Source of the DNA: an uncultured virus (IMG/VR IMGVR_UViG_3300028886_000092)
Taxonomy: Duplodnaviria > Heunggongvirae > Uroviricota > Caudoviricetes
IMG/VR virus record: IMGVR_UViG_3300028886_000092
Length of the DNA: 64,000 nucleotides
Strand: one strand, 5' to 3'
The translations under genes and the position numbers were made by a program. Positions 31,491 through 41,529 of this stretch are shown here, in pieces. Below the pieces are notes generated by a model. It saw nothing but the letters and a program-made list of their open reading frames with translations, was not told the DNA's origin and made no database searches. Position 1 is the stretch's first letter, and each line of letters opens with the position of its first letter.

Positions 31491-31709
31491 TTAAAAGTCA
31501 AAAGTTAGTTGTATTGGTTTTGGGTCTCTGTGCTTTGGAATGAATCCGCAACCGCCTCTGGCGTCTAAGTTCACTTGTTCGCCATCAGGATCAACGTGGG
31601 CGCGACCATGAAGGCCGCAGAAGTGGTCACCATCTTTCCGCTGCTCGTATCTGCCGAATATGTAACAGTAATCCAGGTTCAGACAGGACCTACATTTAAT
31701 TTTTGCCAT
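31491..31709 (-). CDS. Small Cys-rich hypothetical protein
   Basis: CxxC...C...C pattern; 72 aa. Confidence 0.45.
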   Translation of the reverse strand: MAKIKCRSCLNLDYCYIFGRYEQRKDGDHFCGLHGRAHVDPDGEQVNLDARGGCGFIPKHRDPKPIQLTFDF

Positions 31710-31715
31710 AACGAG

Positions 31716-32189
31716 TTATTTTATCCATTGCTTTATGTTGTTCACATAGTCTTGCAAAACAGGGAAAGTAATCTCACCTCGCTCCAATGCCGTTATCTCA
31801 TCCCTGAGCTTACTGATTCTCTCATTCACTGACTGGCTTGTGAATCCGAAAAGGTCGTCATTAAAGGGAGTGCTCACAATCTCTTCAAGTTTTCTGCTCC
31901 TGCTTTTTAGCAGCGTAGCCCTGCGATACTCGACAAACTCTTTCCCGAGACGCATCTTCGGGTCCATCCTGCCTGCAGTCAGTTCAACAACCCTATGAGG
32001 GTGTGATACCTTTATCCTCGCCTGAAGATATTCAAAGTACCACAACCACCTCAGCAGAAAATCATACGTCATGCGGCATCTGTAATATACCGTAGCCTCG
32101 TTCACGCTTGTTTCATTCGGTAAACTGACGCACAATCTGACAAACCATATAGGGTCGTTAAGTGACCATAAAGGTTTAACGCTGTCCAT
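31716..32189 (-). CDS. Hypothetical protein
   Basis: 157-aa ORF in the operon. Confidence 0.55.
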   Translation of the reverse strand: MDSVKPLWSLNDPIWFVRLCVSLPNETSVNEATVYYRCRMTYDFLLRWLWYFEYLQARIKVSHPHRVVELTAGRMDPKMRLGKEFVEYRRATLLKSRSRKLEEIVSTPFNDDLFGFTSQSVNERISKLRDEITALERGEITFPVLQDYVNNIKQWIK

Positions 32190-32190
32190 A

Positions 32191-32463
32191 TCACGCCTTC
32201 ATGTTAAAATCTACTGGAACGTCCTCAGCCTTACCCATAATCACATCGTAGGAACTTGGGATAATGTCTCGCTTCCTGAGCAGGTGTTTTGTGGCTAACT
32301 TAATCTCCGCTATCGCCTGTCTTCGCTCAGGGTCAAGCATCCATGAGGGGTGATTGTTGATGAGGCGTATTACTACACTGGCCACCTGTTGGGCTGCCAT
32401 GAAGTAACCCTCCTTGTAACCGTTTTCAAATACTTCAAAATGTTCTTTGGTATCCATAGTCAT
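32191..32463 (-). CDS. Hypothetical protein
   Basis: 90-aa ORF in the operon. Confidence 0.5.
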   Translation of the reverse strand: MTMDTKEHFEVFENGYKEGYFMAAQQVASVVIRLINNHPSWMLDPERRQAIAEIKLATKHLLRKRDIIPSSYDVIMGKAEDVPVDFNMKA

Positions 32464-32501
32464 GATAATTAAAAGAGGGGCGGCATGTGCCGTCCCTCGG
32501 G

Positions 32502-33065
32502 TTATACGTCATCGAATAGGGTTGGTTCCCGTTCTGGAACAAGGTTGTCAAACAGTCCTGGAATGCGAGGCTGCAGAGCCTCATACTCATCTCGGAAGAA
32601 CTCCTCCTTTGTCCTGCCTCTCTTCTTGCCCTTACGGGTGTGAACGTCAAAGGTGTACTCAGGGATTGGTATGGGGTTTCTCCTGACATCCTCAATCCAT
32701 TTCTCTGCATCTACCATCTTGCGGTCGTAGATGAAGTTTTGAAGATGATCTGCATCCCTGCACTTTCCAGCACTGCACAGAAGCAATACAGCCTTGCTGA
32801 CAAAAATGCGGCCTTTAGGTTCTGTACTGCTCTTGTTTACAAGTTCATGACCCTGCCATAGGGCCTCTATCTCCTTGGTGATGCAGCCGTGGCAATCTTC
32901 TGCGCTGATTGTGAAAAGGCGTTTCCAGACATAATCTCTGTAGCCGCTCGTCCACAACTCCAAAGCAAAATATCCTGCTACGGTAGCATCATTCCGCCTT
33001 ATTGCTTTCTGCATGGCGGAGCTGACTTCAAAAAAGTCATAGCCGGTTACTGTTCTTATTACCAT
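32502..33065 (-). CDS. Stand-alone RarA/MgsA C-terminal-like domain protein
   Basis: SAMQKAIRR...WKRLFTISAED motif, with no P-loop. Confidence 0.7.
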   Translation of the reverse strand: MVIRTVTGYDFFEVSSAMQKAIRRNDATVAGYFALELWTSGYRDYVWKRLFTISAEDCHGCITKEIEALWQGHELVNKSSTEPKGRIFVSKAVLLLCSAGKCRDADHLQNFIYDRKMVDAEKWIEDVRRNPIPIPEYTFDVHTRKGKKRGRTKEEFFRDEYEALQPRIPGLFDNLVPEREPTLFDDV

Positions 33066-33388
33066 TACTTTGTGATAGTTTTGAAATCCTCAACAATGTA
33101 CTCTTCAATCTCAGAATCCCACAGGTCTTTGATTTCAAAGTCAAAGTCTTCAAGGTTGCACTCATCACCTCTATAGTGACTGATTCCGTACTTGTCACTT
33201 TCGTAGCAGGGCTCAAAAGAGAACTCTCCGGTTACGCTGACGGTAGCACTGAATTCTACACCATCGATGGTAACATCTAAATCAATGTCTTCTGAATAAC
33301 ATTCAGTTTCACTGCAGCAGTTTTCAAGATAATCCTTTACTTTGCTTTCAAGTGCCTTTTTGATGGGTTCTAAGTCTCTCATTTTCAT
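33065..33388 (-). CDS. Acidic hypothetical protein
   Basis: 107-aa, D/E-rich; first gene after class-I promoter copy 2. Confidence 0.55.
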   Translation of the reverse strand: MKMRDLEPIKKALESKVKDYLENCCSETECYSEDIDLDVTIDGVEFSATVSVTGEFSFEPCYESDKYGISHYRGDECNLEDFDFEIKDLWDSEIEEYIVEDFKTITK

Positions 33389-33403
33389 TGTTTTTTATTC
33401 TTC

Positions 33404-33474
33404 TTTACATCTGTAAAGTTATCGTTTTTTGGCGATTTTTGCAAACAGAAACTTCACCATTTTAACACCATTTT
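33404..33474 (-). promoter_or_regulatory. Class-I phage promoter, copy 2
   Basis: TTTACATCTGTAAAGTTA...AAACAGAAACTTCACCATTTT. Confidence 0.7.
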
Positions 33475-34227
33475 TCAGAAGGGGAACGTGGCAGAAATAT
33501 TGTACTGCACGAGTTGCCTCGTCTTATCTTTCCCGTTGTTCGTCTCACCCTTCAGACGTATGGCATTGCCGAAGTGTTTCCGTATGAAAAGTATGCTACG
33601 CCTCTCCTCTTCCTGATTGCGGATACCCGCAAGGCCTCCAGAGTTCACGAAGGTACTCTTTTGCGCGAAGTTGTACCGAATGTCGGTCAGTATCTTGCGC
33701 TCCTTGTACTTCATGTAGCAACTTATCCAAAAATCCTCTTTGAGTTTCAGTTCCTCATTCCACCATACGTTCTTGTTGTATCGCACACCATAGGAACAGC
33801 CAGTTATCATGTGCTGTAGGCTGAGGTATGCAGTCTCATCGTACATGACAGGTGTCACCCTTGAAGTGAACCCGAATACATGCACGTCGAGCATACAAGC
33901 AAGTTCGTACAGGTTGTTGATAATGCCTGTAATCTGCACGGGGTCACGAATGACACCGCTCTCGCCCTTCTCAACGAAGAGGCGCTTGCAGACGTGAACA
34001 TCATCGTCAAACATGAACAACTCTCCAAAATGCTTTGCCATCCAGTTGCGCTTGGGAACAAGCCCTATCACATCATCAGGGTGACACACTATCTCACACT
34101 CAGGGTTATACTCCTTGTATATCGCCTCCTGACTCTTTGCAACGCAAATGATAGGATCTACAACAAGTTTCTTTGAGAATACCCTGTCATGCCGTTTATG
34201 GCTTGGAATAACTATCTTCAAGGACAT
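33475..34227 (-). CDS. GREB1-related / TET-associated glycosyltransferase (TAGT-like, GT-A fold)
   Basis: IVIPSHKR, RNWM, MFDDD, LKEDFW, NSGG motifs. Confidence 0.65.
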   Translation of the reverse strand: MSLKIVIPSHKRHDRVFSKKLVVDPIICVAKSQEAIYKEYNPECEIVCHPDDVIGLVPKRNWMAKHFGELFMFDDDVHVCKRLFVEKGESGVIRDPVQITGIINNLYELACMLDVHVFGFTSRVTPVMYDETAYLSLQHMITGCSYGVRYNKNVWWNEELKLKEDFWISCYMKYKERKILTDIRYNFAQKSTFVNSGGLAGIRNQEEERRSILFIRKHFGNAIRLKGETNNGKDKTRQLVQYNISATFPF

Positions 34228-34858
34228 GGCGAATATCTTTTACGTCTATGACATTACTCTTGCTGACTTTCCCCGTCTTGTAGCTCTTCATGTGCTGCAT
34301 GTTCAGACGCTCACGCAGCCAGTTGGAATCTACCTCGTTGGATGATTGGATGATAAACAACTCGTGCTTTTCGTCATACTTTGGGATAAGGGGATAAATG
34401 GCACTATCATCGTCCATACTCTCAAACCGCTCCTTAAAAGCGTCTTTCGGCTTCTCCTGGGCAAACTCCATTCCCCAATCCTGAAGTTCTGACTTGTCCC
34501 ACTCGTTGTCTATGATGTCTTGGTCGTTCTCGCCAAAACTCACATTGTCCTTGCTGGCGTACTCCCTCAGTTTCTTCGGGGGTGTATCCTTGTCGAGAAT
34601 CTTGCAGGGTAGTTCCGTATATCCCAACTCCCTGCAGGCCCTGAAACGAAGGTTTCCACAGACAATAACATATCTACCCTCTGGGTAAGGATAGACTATC
34701 AGCTCTCGCAATTCGAGCATTTCAGGACTGTCCTGTATGCTCTTCTTCATAGCCTCATAACGATAATCCCTGAAGAAACGAGGGTTCTTCGGGAGTCCTT
34801 GAAGCTGTCCTTTGTTGAAATCCAACAAAGTGACCGGTAATAACTTTCTTTCTGTCAT
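34196..34858 (-). CDS. ParB N-terminal domain protein
   Basis: PKNPR, IVCGNLRFRA, KDN motifs. Confidence 0.8.
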   Translation of the reverse strand: MTERKLLPVTLLDFNKGQLQGLPKNPRFFRDYRYEAMKKSIQDSPEMLELRELIVYPYPEGRYVIVCGNLRFRACRELGYTELPCKILDKDTPPKKLREYASKDNVSFGENDQDIIDNEWDKSELQDWGMEFAQEKPKDAFKERFESMDDDSAIYPLIPKYDEKHELFIIQSSNEVDSNWLRERLNMQHMKSYKTGKVSKSNVIDVKDIRHVLEDSYSKP

Positions 34859-34916
34859 ACTTGCTATTTTTTCAACAACACTTTTTCAACTCACATCAAT
34901 AGCCAGTGTAACACTC

Positions 34917-35225
34917 TTATTTCTTCAACTTCATTTTGTTGTCTCTGTCGTTGTCATCCAATCTGCGACGCAGAAGGTTCTCGATGTTCCTTACACCTAA
35001 ATGGTGCAAAATTGCCATGATGAGCAGTATCATGTCTGCCAGGACAAGTTCTGTGCGAGAATAAACATACTTTGAACATTCTTTGTCATGTATGGATTCG
35101 TCTGCTTCCCGCCACAATCTGCTCAGATACAACAACCATGCCTTCATTGAGGTGTCTTCGTTAGCCCTGAACCTTTCAACCATCACTTTATGGGTTCTCT
35201 CCAACAGGTCATTAAGTTTAATCAT
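34917..35225 (-). CDS. Hypothetical protein (possible MazG-like helical fold)
   Basis: ELVLADMILL motif. Confidence 0.35.
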   Translation of the reverse strand: MIKLNDLLERTHKVMVERFRANEDTSMKAWLLYLSRLWREADESIHDKECSKYVYSRTELVLADMILLIMAILHHLGVRNIENLLRRRLDDNDRDNKMKLKK

Positions 35226-35315
35226 GATTCAGTCTCTTTTAATGTAATACGATAAGGGTGCTACTATGTATCAAGTTGGGGCCGTCTCTTATCTTCTGAT
35301 AGTTTCTCATACTCT

Positions 35316-35675
35316 TTATTTCTTCTGTTCTTCCTTTTTCTTCTGTCTCTGTAACCTTCGCTTGTGCAGCCTCTCTTCCCTCTTTGAGAGGAATAGGTTC
35401 ACTGCATGACCTCCTATCTCCAGTATGACATTCCGGATGCTTGAAGGCTGCCGTGAAGCCTTATTGAGGCATAGCATATACTCATCAAAGAATTTCTCAG
35501 GTTCCTTGTGCGGGTCGCAGAATCGTCGGCTTAACTCCTCATATACATTCTTCTTGTTATACAGGGGACCGAGCTCTTGACTCTTCCTGACAAGGAATGC
35601 CGCAACACCCTTCCATGCTTTCCTGATGAATGGGATAAGTTGCTTCTTCGTAATGTTCGGAACTTTTTTCTCCAT
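35316..35675 (-). CDS. Hypothetical protein
   Basis: 119-aa ORF coupled to dnaN. Confidence 0.5.
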   Translation of the reverse strand: MEKKVPNITKKQLIPFIRKAWKGVAAFLVRKSQELGPLYNKKNVYEELSRRFCDPHKEPEKFFDEYMLCLNKASRQPSSIRNVILEIGGHAVNLFLSKREERLHKRRLQRQKKKEEQKK

Positions 35676-35677
35676 GG

Positions 35678-36790
35678 CTATTCTTCAATTTTCATCGGCA
35701 TAAGAAGCATAATCAAATCATCTTCATCACCGGCAGGTTTGACAATACACGGGCGCTCAGGCGCTAACAGTTCAAGGGTTACGCTTTCTGTCTCAATGTT
35801 ATTCAGAATCTCTACAAAGAAAGTGTAGCCGAATCCTATGCTGAATGGTGCTCCTGTATAGTCGCACGCAACGAACTCTTCGGCACTGGTGGAGATATTA
35901 CTGTCACTTCCTGTCAGCACCGCCTGATTGTCACGCAACTCCAGCTTTATGAAGTTGCTGCTCTGATTACAGAAAACACCAACTCTCTTCAAGGCACCTA
36001 TCAGGGATTGTCTGTCAAGTTCTACGCTTATAGCCTTGCTATTTGGTATCACTGAATTGTAGTTCGGGTACCTTGTCTCAACGAGACGGAAATATACCGT
36101 AGTATCATCAATGGTGACTGTTGCCCTCTGCATATCGAAGAGTATATCTGCCTGGCTGTCCTTCTTTACAACCGTCTTGAGCAAAGAAGCGATACCTCTT
36201 GGCATAAGAAAACTGCCATTAAACCCAGGTTTAACATCTTTCAGGGTCTGTTTAACAAGCTTCCTGCCATCAGTTGCAACTACTATAAGACAATCTTCAC
36301 GAATGTCAAAATAGACACCTCTCTTGAACTGCATAACCTCATCGTCAGCTGTCGCTGTAAGGCAGTTGTTGATTGCAGCAACGAGTTCTTTTGAGGAAAT
36401 TGTAATCTTGCTGCCTTCATTGACAGGTACGGATGGTGGGAATACTTCCGCATCGGCACCTACGACTGAAAACTCTCCACTGCTGTGCTTCCCCCTCAGC
36501 TCAAAAGTTTTCTCATCATAGTCCAAAGCAAGCGGTTGCTCGGGGATTTCCTTTATCGTACTTATCAGGCGCTCGGCATTTATACACATGCGTCCTTCTC
36601 CGCTCTGCTCAATAACAGGAACCTTTGTGATGAGGCTATTCTCTGAATTACTGGCAGTGATGGTCATTGCGCCATCCTTAACCTCTATAAGGAAACAGTC
36701 AAGGATCGGCATTGGGTTCTTTTTTACAAGAACCTTGCCAGCCATAATGAGGTGACTGGCAAAGATAGTACTTGATATTGTTACTTTCAT
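35678..36790 (-). CDS. dnaN: DNA polymerase III beta sliding clamp (phage copy)
   Basis: 370 aa; PIL, VATDGRKL, YPNYNSVIP, terminal LLMPM. Confidence 0.9.
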   Translation of the reverse strand: MKVTISSTIFASHLIMAGKVLVKKNPMPILDCFLIEVKDGAMTITASNSENSLITKVPVIEQSGEGRMCINAERLISTIKEIPEQPLALDYDEKTFELRGKHSSGEFSVVGADAEVFPPSVPVNEGSKITISSKELVAAINNCLTATADDEVMQFKRGVYFDIREDCLIVVATDGRKLVKQTLKDVKPGFNGSFLMPRGIASLLKTVVKKDSQADILFDMQRATVTIDDTTVYFRLVETRYPNYNSVIPNSKAISVELDRQSLIGALKRVGVFCNQSSNFIKLELRDNQAVLTGSDSNISTSAEEFVACDYTGAPFSIGFGYTFFVEILNNIETESVTLELLAPERPCIVKPAGDEDDLIMLLMPMKIEE

Positions 36791-36806
36791 ATCTGTATTG
36801 ATTTGT

Positions 36807-36839
36807 TAATTGTTGAGTAATTGTTGAGTAATTGTTGAG
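36807..36839. repeat. 3 x 11-bp tandem repeat TAATTGTTGAG
   Basis: Read directly; fills most of the intergenic gap upstream of dnaN. Confidence 0.9.
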
Positions 36840-36840
36840 T

Positions 36841-39489
36841 TCACATTTTATCTACTCCATCGGGAACAGGCTCGTCAACAAACATATCATCCTCTATCCC
36901 GTCAAAGAGGGTAGGCATATCAACTCTCTCGGAAGCGGCCTTGCAGTAAGCTGCACCGTCGAGGAAGTAGGAGGGGTTAAGTTCGCACGCTACAGCCTTG
37001 CGCCCTTTCATGATCGCCCGATACGGAACAGTCATCAGACCTCCGAAGGGGTCACACACTACATCGCCAGGGTTGCTCATCTGCTCAATGACTCTGTCAA
37101 CTATGTCAAACTGGAGGGGACAAAGGTGCATTTCCTTCCCCTTGCTCCACTGGCTACCGTTCAGGGTTCTCATTCTTGTTATGTCTGCCCATACATCATC
37201 GCTCCACGACTGGGGCTGCAACAGCATGAAGCCCGATGGGAGTTTCCCATGGAGTTCCAACGTCTCTGCAACGCTTACGACATACTCCCAATCCCAGACC
37301 TCTGTCTGCGTGTATTTCTTGAACCACTGGAAGATGTCCTTGCAGTTGAGGCTTGCTACCTCTTCGGGTGTCATAAGCCTGTTTCCGTTGCTCCTTGTGC
37401 CGCCATGAGCGTCCAACTGCCAGCGGGCACGACTGTAGCCATTCTCATTGTCCCACGTCCGCGTCTTCTCGTCGTACCACTTCTTTTCCTTCACTACAGG
37501 AATGTCTGCGTATGCGTTGGTCCTGTCCGTGGAGGGCTTGCGGAACAGCAGAAGATACTCAGGCATACCAACACCCATCTTGGTACCGTCCTTGCACTGC
37601 TCTGTCCATCCGAGGCGATAAGTCTGGTTGTTTTCCCTCACTACGTCCGTGAGAATCGTCTTCATACCCATGTAGGCAAAGCCGTGCTTGGTGTAGTGGC
37701 TGATAGCGTCACAATGGAAGGGATAGACAGTCTGAACACCCATGCCGCTCAATCCCATGGGGACTATTCTGTCTTTTACATGTATGGCGCATATTCGGCC
37801 TGGCTGTAGTATTCTGTACAGGTTTGGTGTTAGGTAGTCCATCTGCTGCCAGAACTCCTCGTTTGACTCGCTATGCCCGAAGTCTGCATAGTTGGGGCTG
37901 TACTCATACTGGGTACTGAAAGGAATACTTGTAATGATGAGGCCTACGGAGTTGTCAGGGTGCTTCTCTTTGTCCGCGAACTCCGGCACGTTGTCATTGT
38001 TGACAATCGTATAGTCATCGGTCTTTATCTCTACACGCTCAACGCCCATCTTTCGGGCAAGCGTCTGTGCCATCTCTGAATGGGAGAGGCCGTATTTCTT
38101 GATTATCTCTGTCATTTTGATGATAAGTTTATTGTGGTTCTCCCACTTCGTTTCAAGAGCTTTGCGCACAGAACGCTCAGCCTCGGTGTAAATAAGATCT
38201 ACTCTCACAGTCTTTGTTTGAAGGAATCTCTGCAGGCGGTGTATAGACTGGATAAAATCATTGAACTTGTAACCGATACCCAAATATATTGCCCATGAGC
38301 AATAGCGTTGGAAGTTACAGCCGCTTCCGGCAATGACTGGCTTTGCCGCCAACTCCTGTATTCTGCCATAGCTGAAATCAAGGATAGCCTTCTCCCTCTT
38401 CTCGTAGTCCTGACTGCCATAGATGCTTACCACTCCAGGAACAGCCTTCTCTATGGCGTGGCGTTCGCTCTCGAGGTCGTGCCAGATGATACGGTGCGCA
38501 TCAGGGTCCTCCTCTCTCAACTCAAGCATCTTATTGATACGGTCCTGAAGGGAGTCTCGCTTCTCCTTGGCTGTCTGCTGCAATCCCAGGGCCTCTTCCT
38601 TGAACAGAAGAAACTGGCCGCTCTTGTCAACTCCTGCCTTCGTGTGGTCACTCGGAATCTCGTGCCAGCGTAGGTCTAAGTCCGGGAGTATGTAGCCCTC
38701 ATTGTCAGCTTCGTTCAGGGTAAGGTCTGAAGGTTTGCTGACGAACAACGCCCATGAGCTTACCCATAGCCAAAACTCTTCTTCCTTGTGTGCATGTAGG
38801 GTTAGGTGGTCTGCATGCGTAGAATCACGTTTGAAGAACCTTGTTTTGGCCTGGCTGACATCCATGATGCCAAGGAAGTCTGCGTATGCAAGCAGTTCTA
38901 TATACTCATTGGGAGAGGGCGTAGCTGTTGCCACAAAGCGGTACTTGATTTGCTCGGCACCGCGTCTGTCACCCATTGGGCCTGCATCACCAGTGAACAG
39001 CTTCATGAACTCACGGAAGGTCTTTGTACCTCCGAACCCTCTGAGCACCGATGCCTCGTCAAGGCTTGCCACAACGAACTTGGTAGGGTCAAGCCTACCG
39101 TCTCGGACACTCTCATAGTTGGTGAGGTATATGCCATCCTCCCCAATCTCTTCTGTGCGACGGATGAAGCGGGGCAGCTTGTCATCGCTCCAGCCTAAGA
39201 TGTTACGCGCATCCTCAACGAACTCTTGACGGACAGACAGGGGACAGCATATTAAACCTTTACCCCCCCCAGTTTTGGAAAGTGTGAGTCTTACGGCCTC
39301 TAACTGCGTAACGGTCTTGTGCAGACCGAAAGACGCGAAGCAGGCTCTCTTGCCACCTTCCACCATCCATTTTACCATGAGCTTGTTATGAGGTTTGATG
39401 TTCGGGTTTATCTCATCAATGCTCACTTCAAACCCTTGATTCTCGGATATGCGTATCTTCGATTTTAGGAACTCACTATATTCTTTCAT
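36841..39489 (-). CDS. SNF2-like helicase / N4-N6 DNA methyltransferase fusion
   Basis: FGLHKT, LDEAS, TATPSPN, helicase-C; then ITSIPF, HLCPLQ, DPFGG. Confidence 0.85.
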   Translation of the reverse strand: MKEYSEFLKSKIRISENQGFEVSIDEINPNIKPHNKLMVKWMVEGGKRACFASFGLHKTVTQLEAVRLTLSKTGGGKGLICCPLSVRQEFVEDARNILGWSDDKLPRFIRRTEEIGEDGIYLTNYESVRDGRLDPTKFVVASLDEASVLRGFGGTKTFREFMKLFTGDAGPMGDRRGAEQIKYRFVATATPSPNEYIELLAYADFLGIMDVSQAKTRFFKRDSTHADHLTLHAHKEEEFWLWVSSWALFVSKPSDLTLNEADNEGYILPDLDLRWHEIPSDHTKAGVDKSGQFLLFKEEALGLQQTAKEKRDSLQDRINKMLELREEDPDAHRIIWHDLESERHAIEKAVPGVVSIYGSQDYEKREKAILDFSYGRIQELAAKPVIAGSGCNFQRYCSWAIYLGIGYKFNDFIQSIHRLQRFLQTKTVRVDLIYTEAERSVRKALETKWENHNKLIIKMTEIIKKYGLSHSEMAQTLARKMGVERVEIKTDDYTIVNNDNVPEFADKEKHPDNSVGLIITSIPFSTQYEYSPNYADFGHSESNEEFWQQMDYLTPNLYRILQPGRICAIHVKDRIVPMGLSGMGVQTVYPFHCDAISHYTKHGFAYMGMKTILTDVVRENNQTYRLGWTEQCKDGTKMGVGMPEYLLLFRKPSTDRTNAYADIPVVKEKKWYDEKTRTWDNENGYSRARWQLDAHGGTRSNGNRLMTPEEVASLNCKDIFQWFKKYTQTEVWDWEYVVSVAETLELHGKLPSGFMLLQPQSWSDDVWADITRMRTLNGSQWSKGKEMHLCPLQFDIVDRVIEQMSNPGDVVCDPFGGLMTVPYRAIMKGRKAVACELNPSYFLDGAAYCKAASERVDMPTLFDGIEDDMFVDEPVPDGVDKM

Positions 39490-39521
39490 ACTGTGCTTAA
39501 ATTAAAAAGAAGGGGGAGCCT

Positions 39522-41213
39522 TTAGGACTCCCCTGTTATTTTCTTGCCTTTAACATTGTAACCAATCTCTTCAAGCCTCAGCTTTATCTTCTCACTCCGC
39601 TTCTCGAACTGGTCTGCATATTTCTTTGCCATCTCTTCAAATGGTTTAGGATATGCAATCCTGAAACACTCCCTCATGGCTCTTTGTGCGAGTTTATTGT
39701 AGGTAGCCTTTTCATAGCATATCTTGTTGATGAATGCACGCTGCCACCTTACCATATTCTCCTCAGTGAGGTTGTTCTTGACATAGGCGATAATCTTCTC
39801 TTGGTCGCAATATTCTGTAGCTCCACTCTCACGGATAATCTCGGAACCTGCATTGAGAACTACGAAGCACCAGAAGAACAACTCCTCCTTGTCGGCAAGT
39901 TTGCCCTTTCGCTCGCTGTACTGCTTCTCCATACACCACTTGCGCAACTCTTCATTCGCATTGTCGTTCATCTTATTCAAGAGTTTGTCATACTTGTCCG
40001 CAAGTTCACGTGCCTCTCTTGCAGTCGGGTCTTCATCAGGATCTGCGCCCTGCTGACCCTTGACATAATAGTAGCAAGAATCAACATTTATGCCCCATGA
40101 TGTACCGAGAGTAATACACTCTATTACCTTCTCTTGCTTCAGCAACTTGGGAATACGTTCATCGTCACCGTAGTATTTACACTGGCCGTCGAAAGCGTCA
40201 GGCTTGGCAATCATGTAACCCTTGTCTCTTATCATCTGCAAAAGGGCTTTTCTAATCCTCTTCACATTGTCATAGCCGTATTGCTCATCACCGCCATCTA
40301 CTATGACGACATTGCCAACCTGAACGGCATCGCCTTCCTTGGTGATACGTTCACCAAACTGCTCAATCTTGTTGAACCAGTAAGCGGCTGCCTTCTTCTC
40401 AAAACATTTGCGGTCAGTGCAACGGTGATCTTCTTTCATGGAGTAGAAAAGACAGCCGGAGTTTCCGGTGTTCATGCAGCAGTTAGCGCACTTCTCGAAG
40501 CAGGTGTTCCATTCCTCTGTTGGAGGCTTCGTCTCATCTTCTTCGTCATATTCAAGGAATGGAGCGGATTCAAGCCTCATGAACTCCCTACTTATCCATC
40601 CGTTTATCTCCCTTACTTCTATTGTGAGTTCGCTCATGTCACCGTATCGGTTCTTTATGTTCTCATAATAGGCTTTCTGTAAATCCTCTGTCAGCTTAGC
40701 TAACATGAATGCACCAGCAATGGGGATATTGCCGCTTGTAGTAAGTTCCTTCAATGGAGAAATAAGAGTGTTGAGCTTTACTCGCTCCTGGACGAATCTC
40801 TTTGTCTTGCCGAATCGCGCTGCAACCTCATCTATACTCTTACCAGAGTTAATGAGCTCACCGAATGCGAAGGCCTCCTCAATGGGGTCAACATCCTTGC
40901 GCTGCAGGTTCTCGGTAATCATAGCCTCGAATGCCTCTTCATCCGTCATATCTTTGACGAAGCAGGCAATGGTGGCTTTCTTCTTCTTGTCTTCTTCGGC
41001 ATTGAGTTTACATGCCCTGTAGCGTCTCTCACCACAGACAATCTCATAGGTCTTACCAATGGGCCTTACAGTGATGGGCTGCAATAGACCTTGGTTCCTG
41101 ATGTTCTGTGCAAGTTCCGCAAGGTCTTCCTCGCTGAATGTCTTGCGAGGGTTTCTTGGAGAAGGACTAATCTTTGTAATCTCAATCTCCATCAGTGTTG
41201 ATACGATTTTCAT
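39522..41213 (-). CDS. ParB/RepB/Spo0J-family protein
   Basis: NPRKTF, GLLQPI, GERRYRA, ENLQR, HTH. Confidence 0.85.
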   Translation of the reverse strand: MKIVSTLMEIEITKISPSPRNPRKTFSEEDLAELAQNIRNQGLLQPITVRPIGKTYEIVCGERRYRACKLNAEEDKKKKATIACFVKDMTDEEAFEAMITENLQRKDVDPIEEAFAFGELINSGKSIDEVAARFGKTKRFVQERVKLNTLISPLKELTTSGNIPIAGAFMLAKLTEDLQKAYYENIKNRYGDMSELTIEVREINGWISREFMRLESAPFLEYDEEDETKPPTEEWNTCFEKCANCCMNTGNSGCLFYSMKEDHRCTDRKCFEKKAAAYWFNKIEQFGERITKEGDAVQVGNVVIVDGGDEQYGYDNVKRIRKALLQMIRDKGYMIAKPDAFDGQCKYYGDDERIPKLLKQEKVIECITLGTSWGINVDSCYYYVKGQQGADPDEDPTAREARELADKYDKLLNKMNDNANEELRKWCMEKQYSERKGKLADKEELFFWCFVVLNAGSEIIRESGATEYCDQEKIIAYVKNNLTEENMVRWQRAFINKICYEKATYNKLAQRAMRECFRIAYPKPFEEMAKKYADQFEKRSEKIKLRLEEIGYNVKGKKITGES

Positions 41214-41260
41214 TTTGATAAAAATTAAAACAGTTTGACTTGTGTAAGATTTTAATCTTG

Positions 41261-41337
41261 TTTACATCTGTAAAGTTAGCTATTTTTGGCGAGTTTTGAA
41301 AACGAAAACTTCACCATTTTGTCACCTTAACATTTAC
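41261..41337 (-). promoter_or_regulatory. Class-I phage promoter, copy 3
   Basis: TTTACATCTGTAAAGTTAG...AAACTTCACCATTTT. Confidence 0.7.
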
Positions 41338-41529
41338 TGACGTTTTGGTCTCCTGCATATCCTATAGAACCCTTTTTCTTCACCTTCAAGCAACACTGGA
41401 TATTTAGGATCGTCGGTGCCGATATTGATTGGTGACATGTAGTTCACACTCAGATACCGGCTCATTCCGAAATAATCCTGTATGCGATGTATGAAAGGAA
41501 TATCTTTGATTCGCCAGGATAGCACAATC

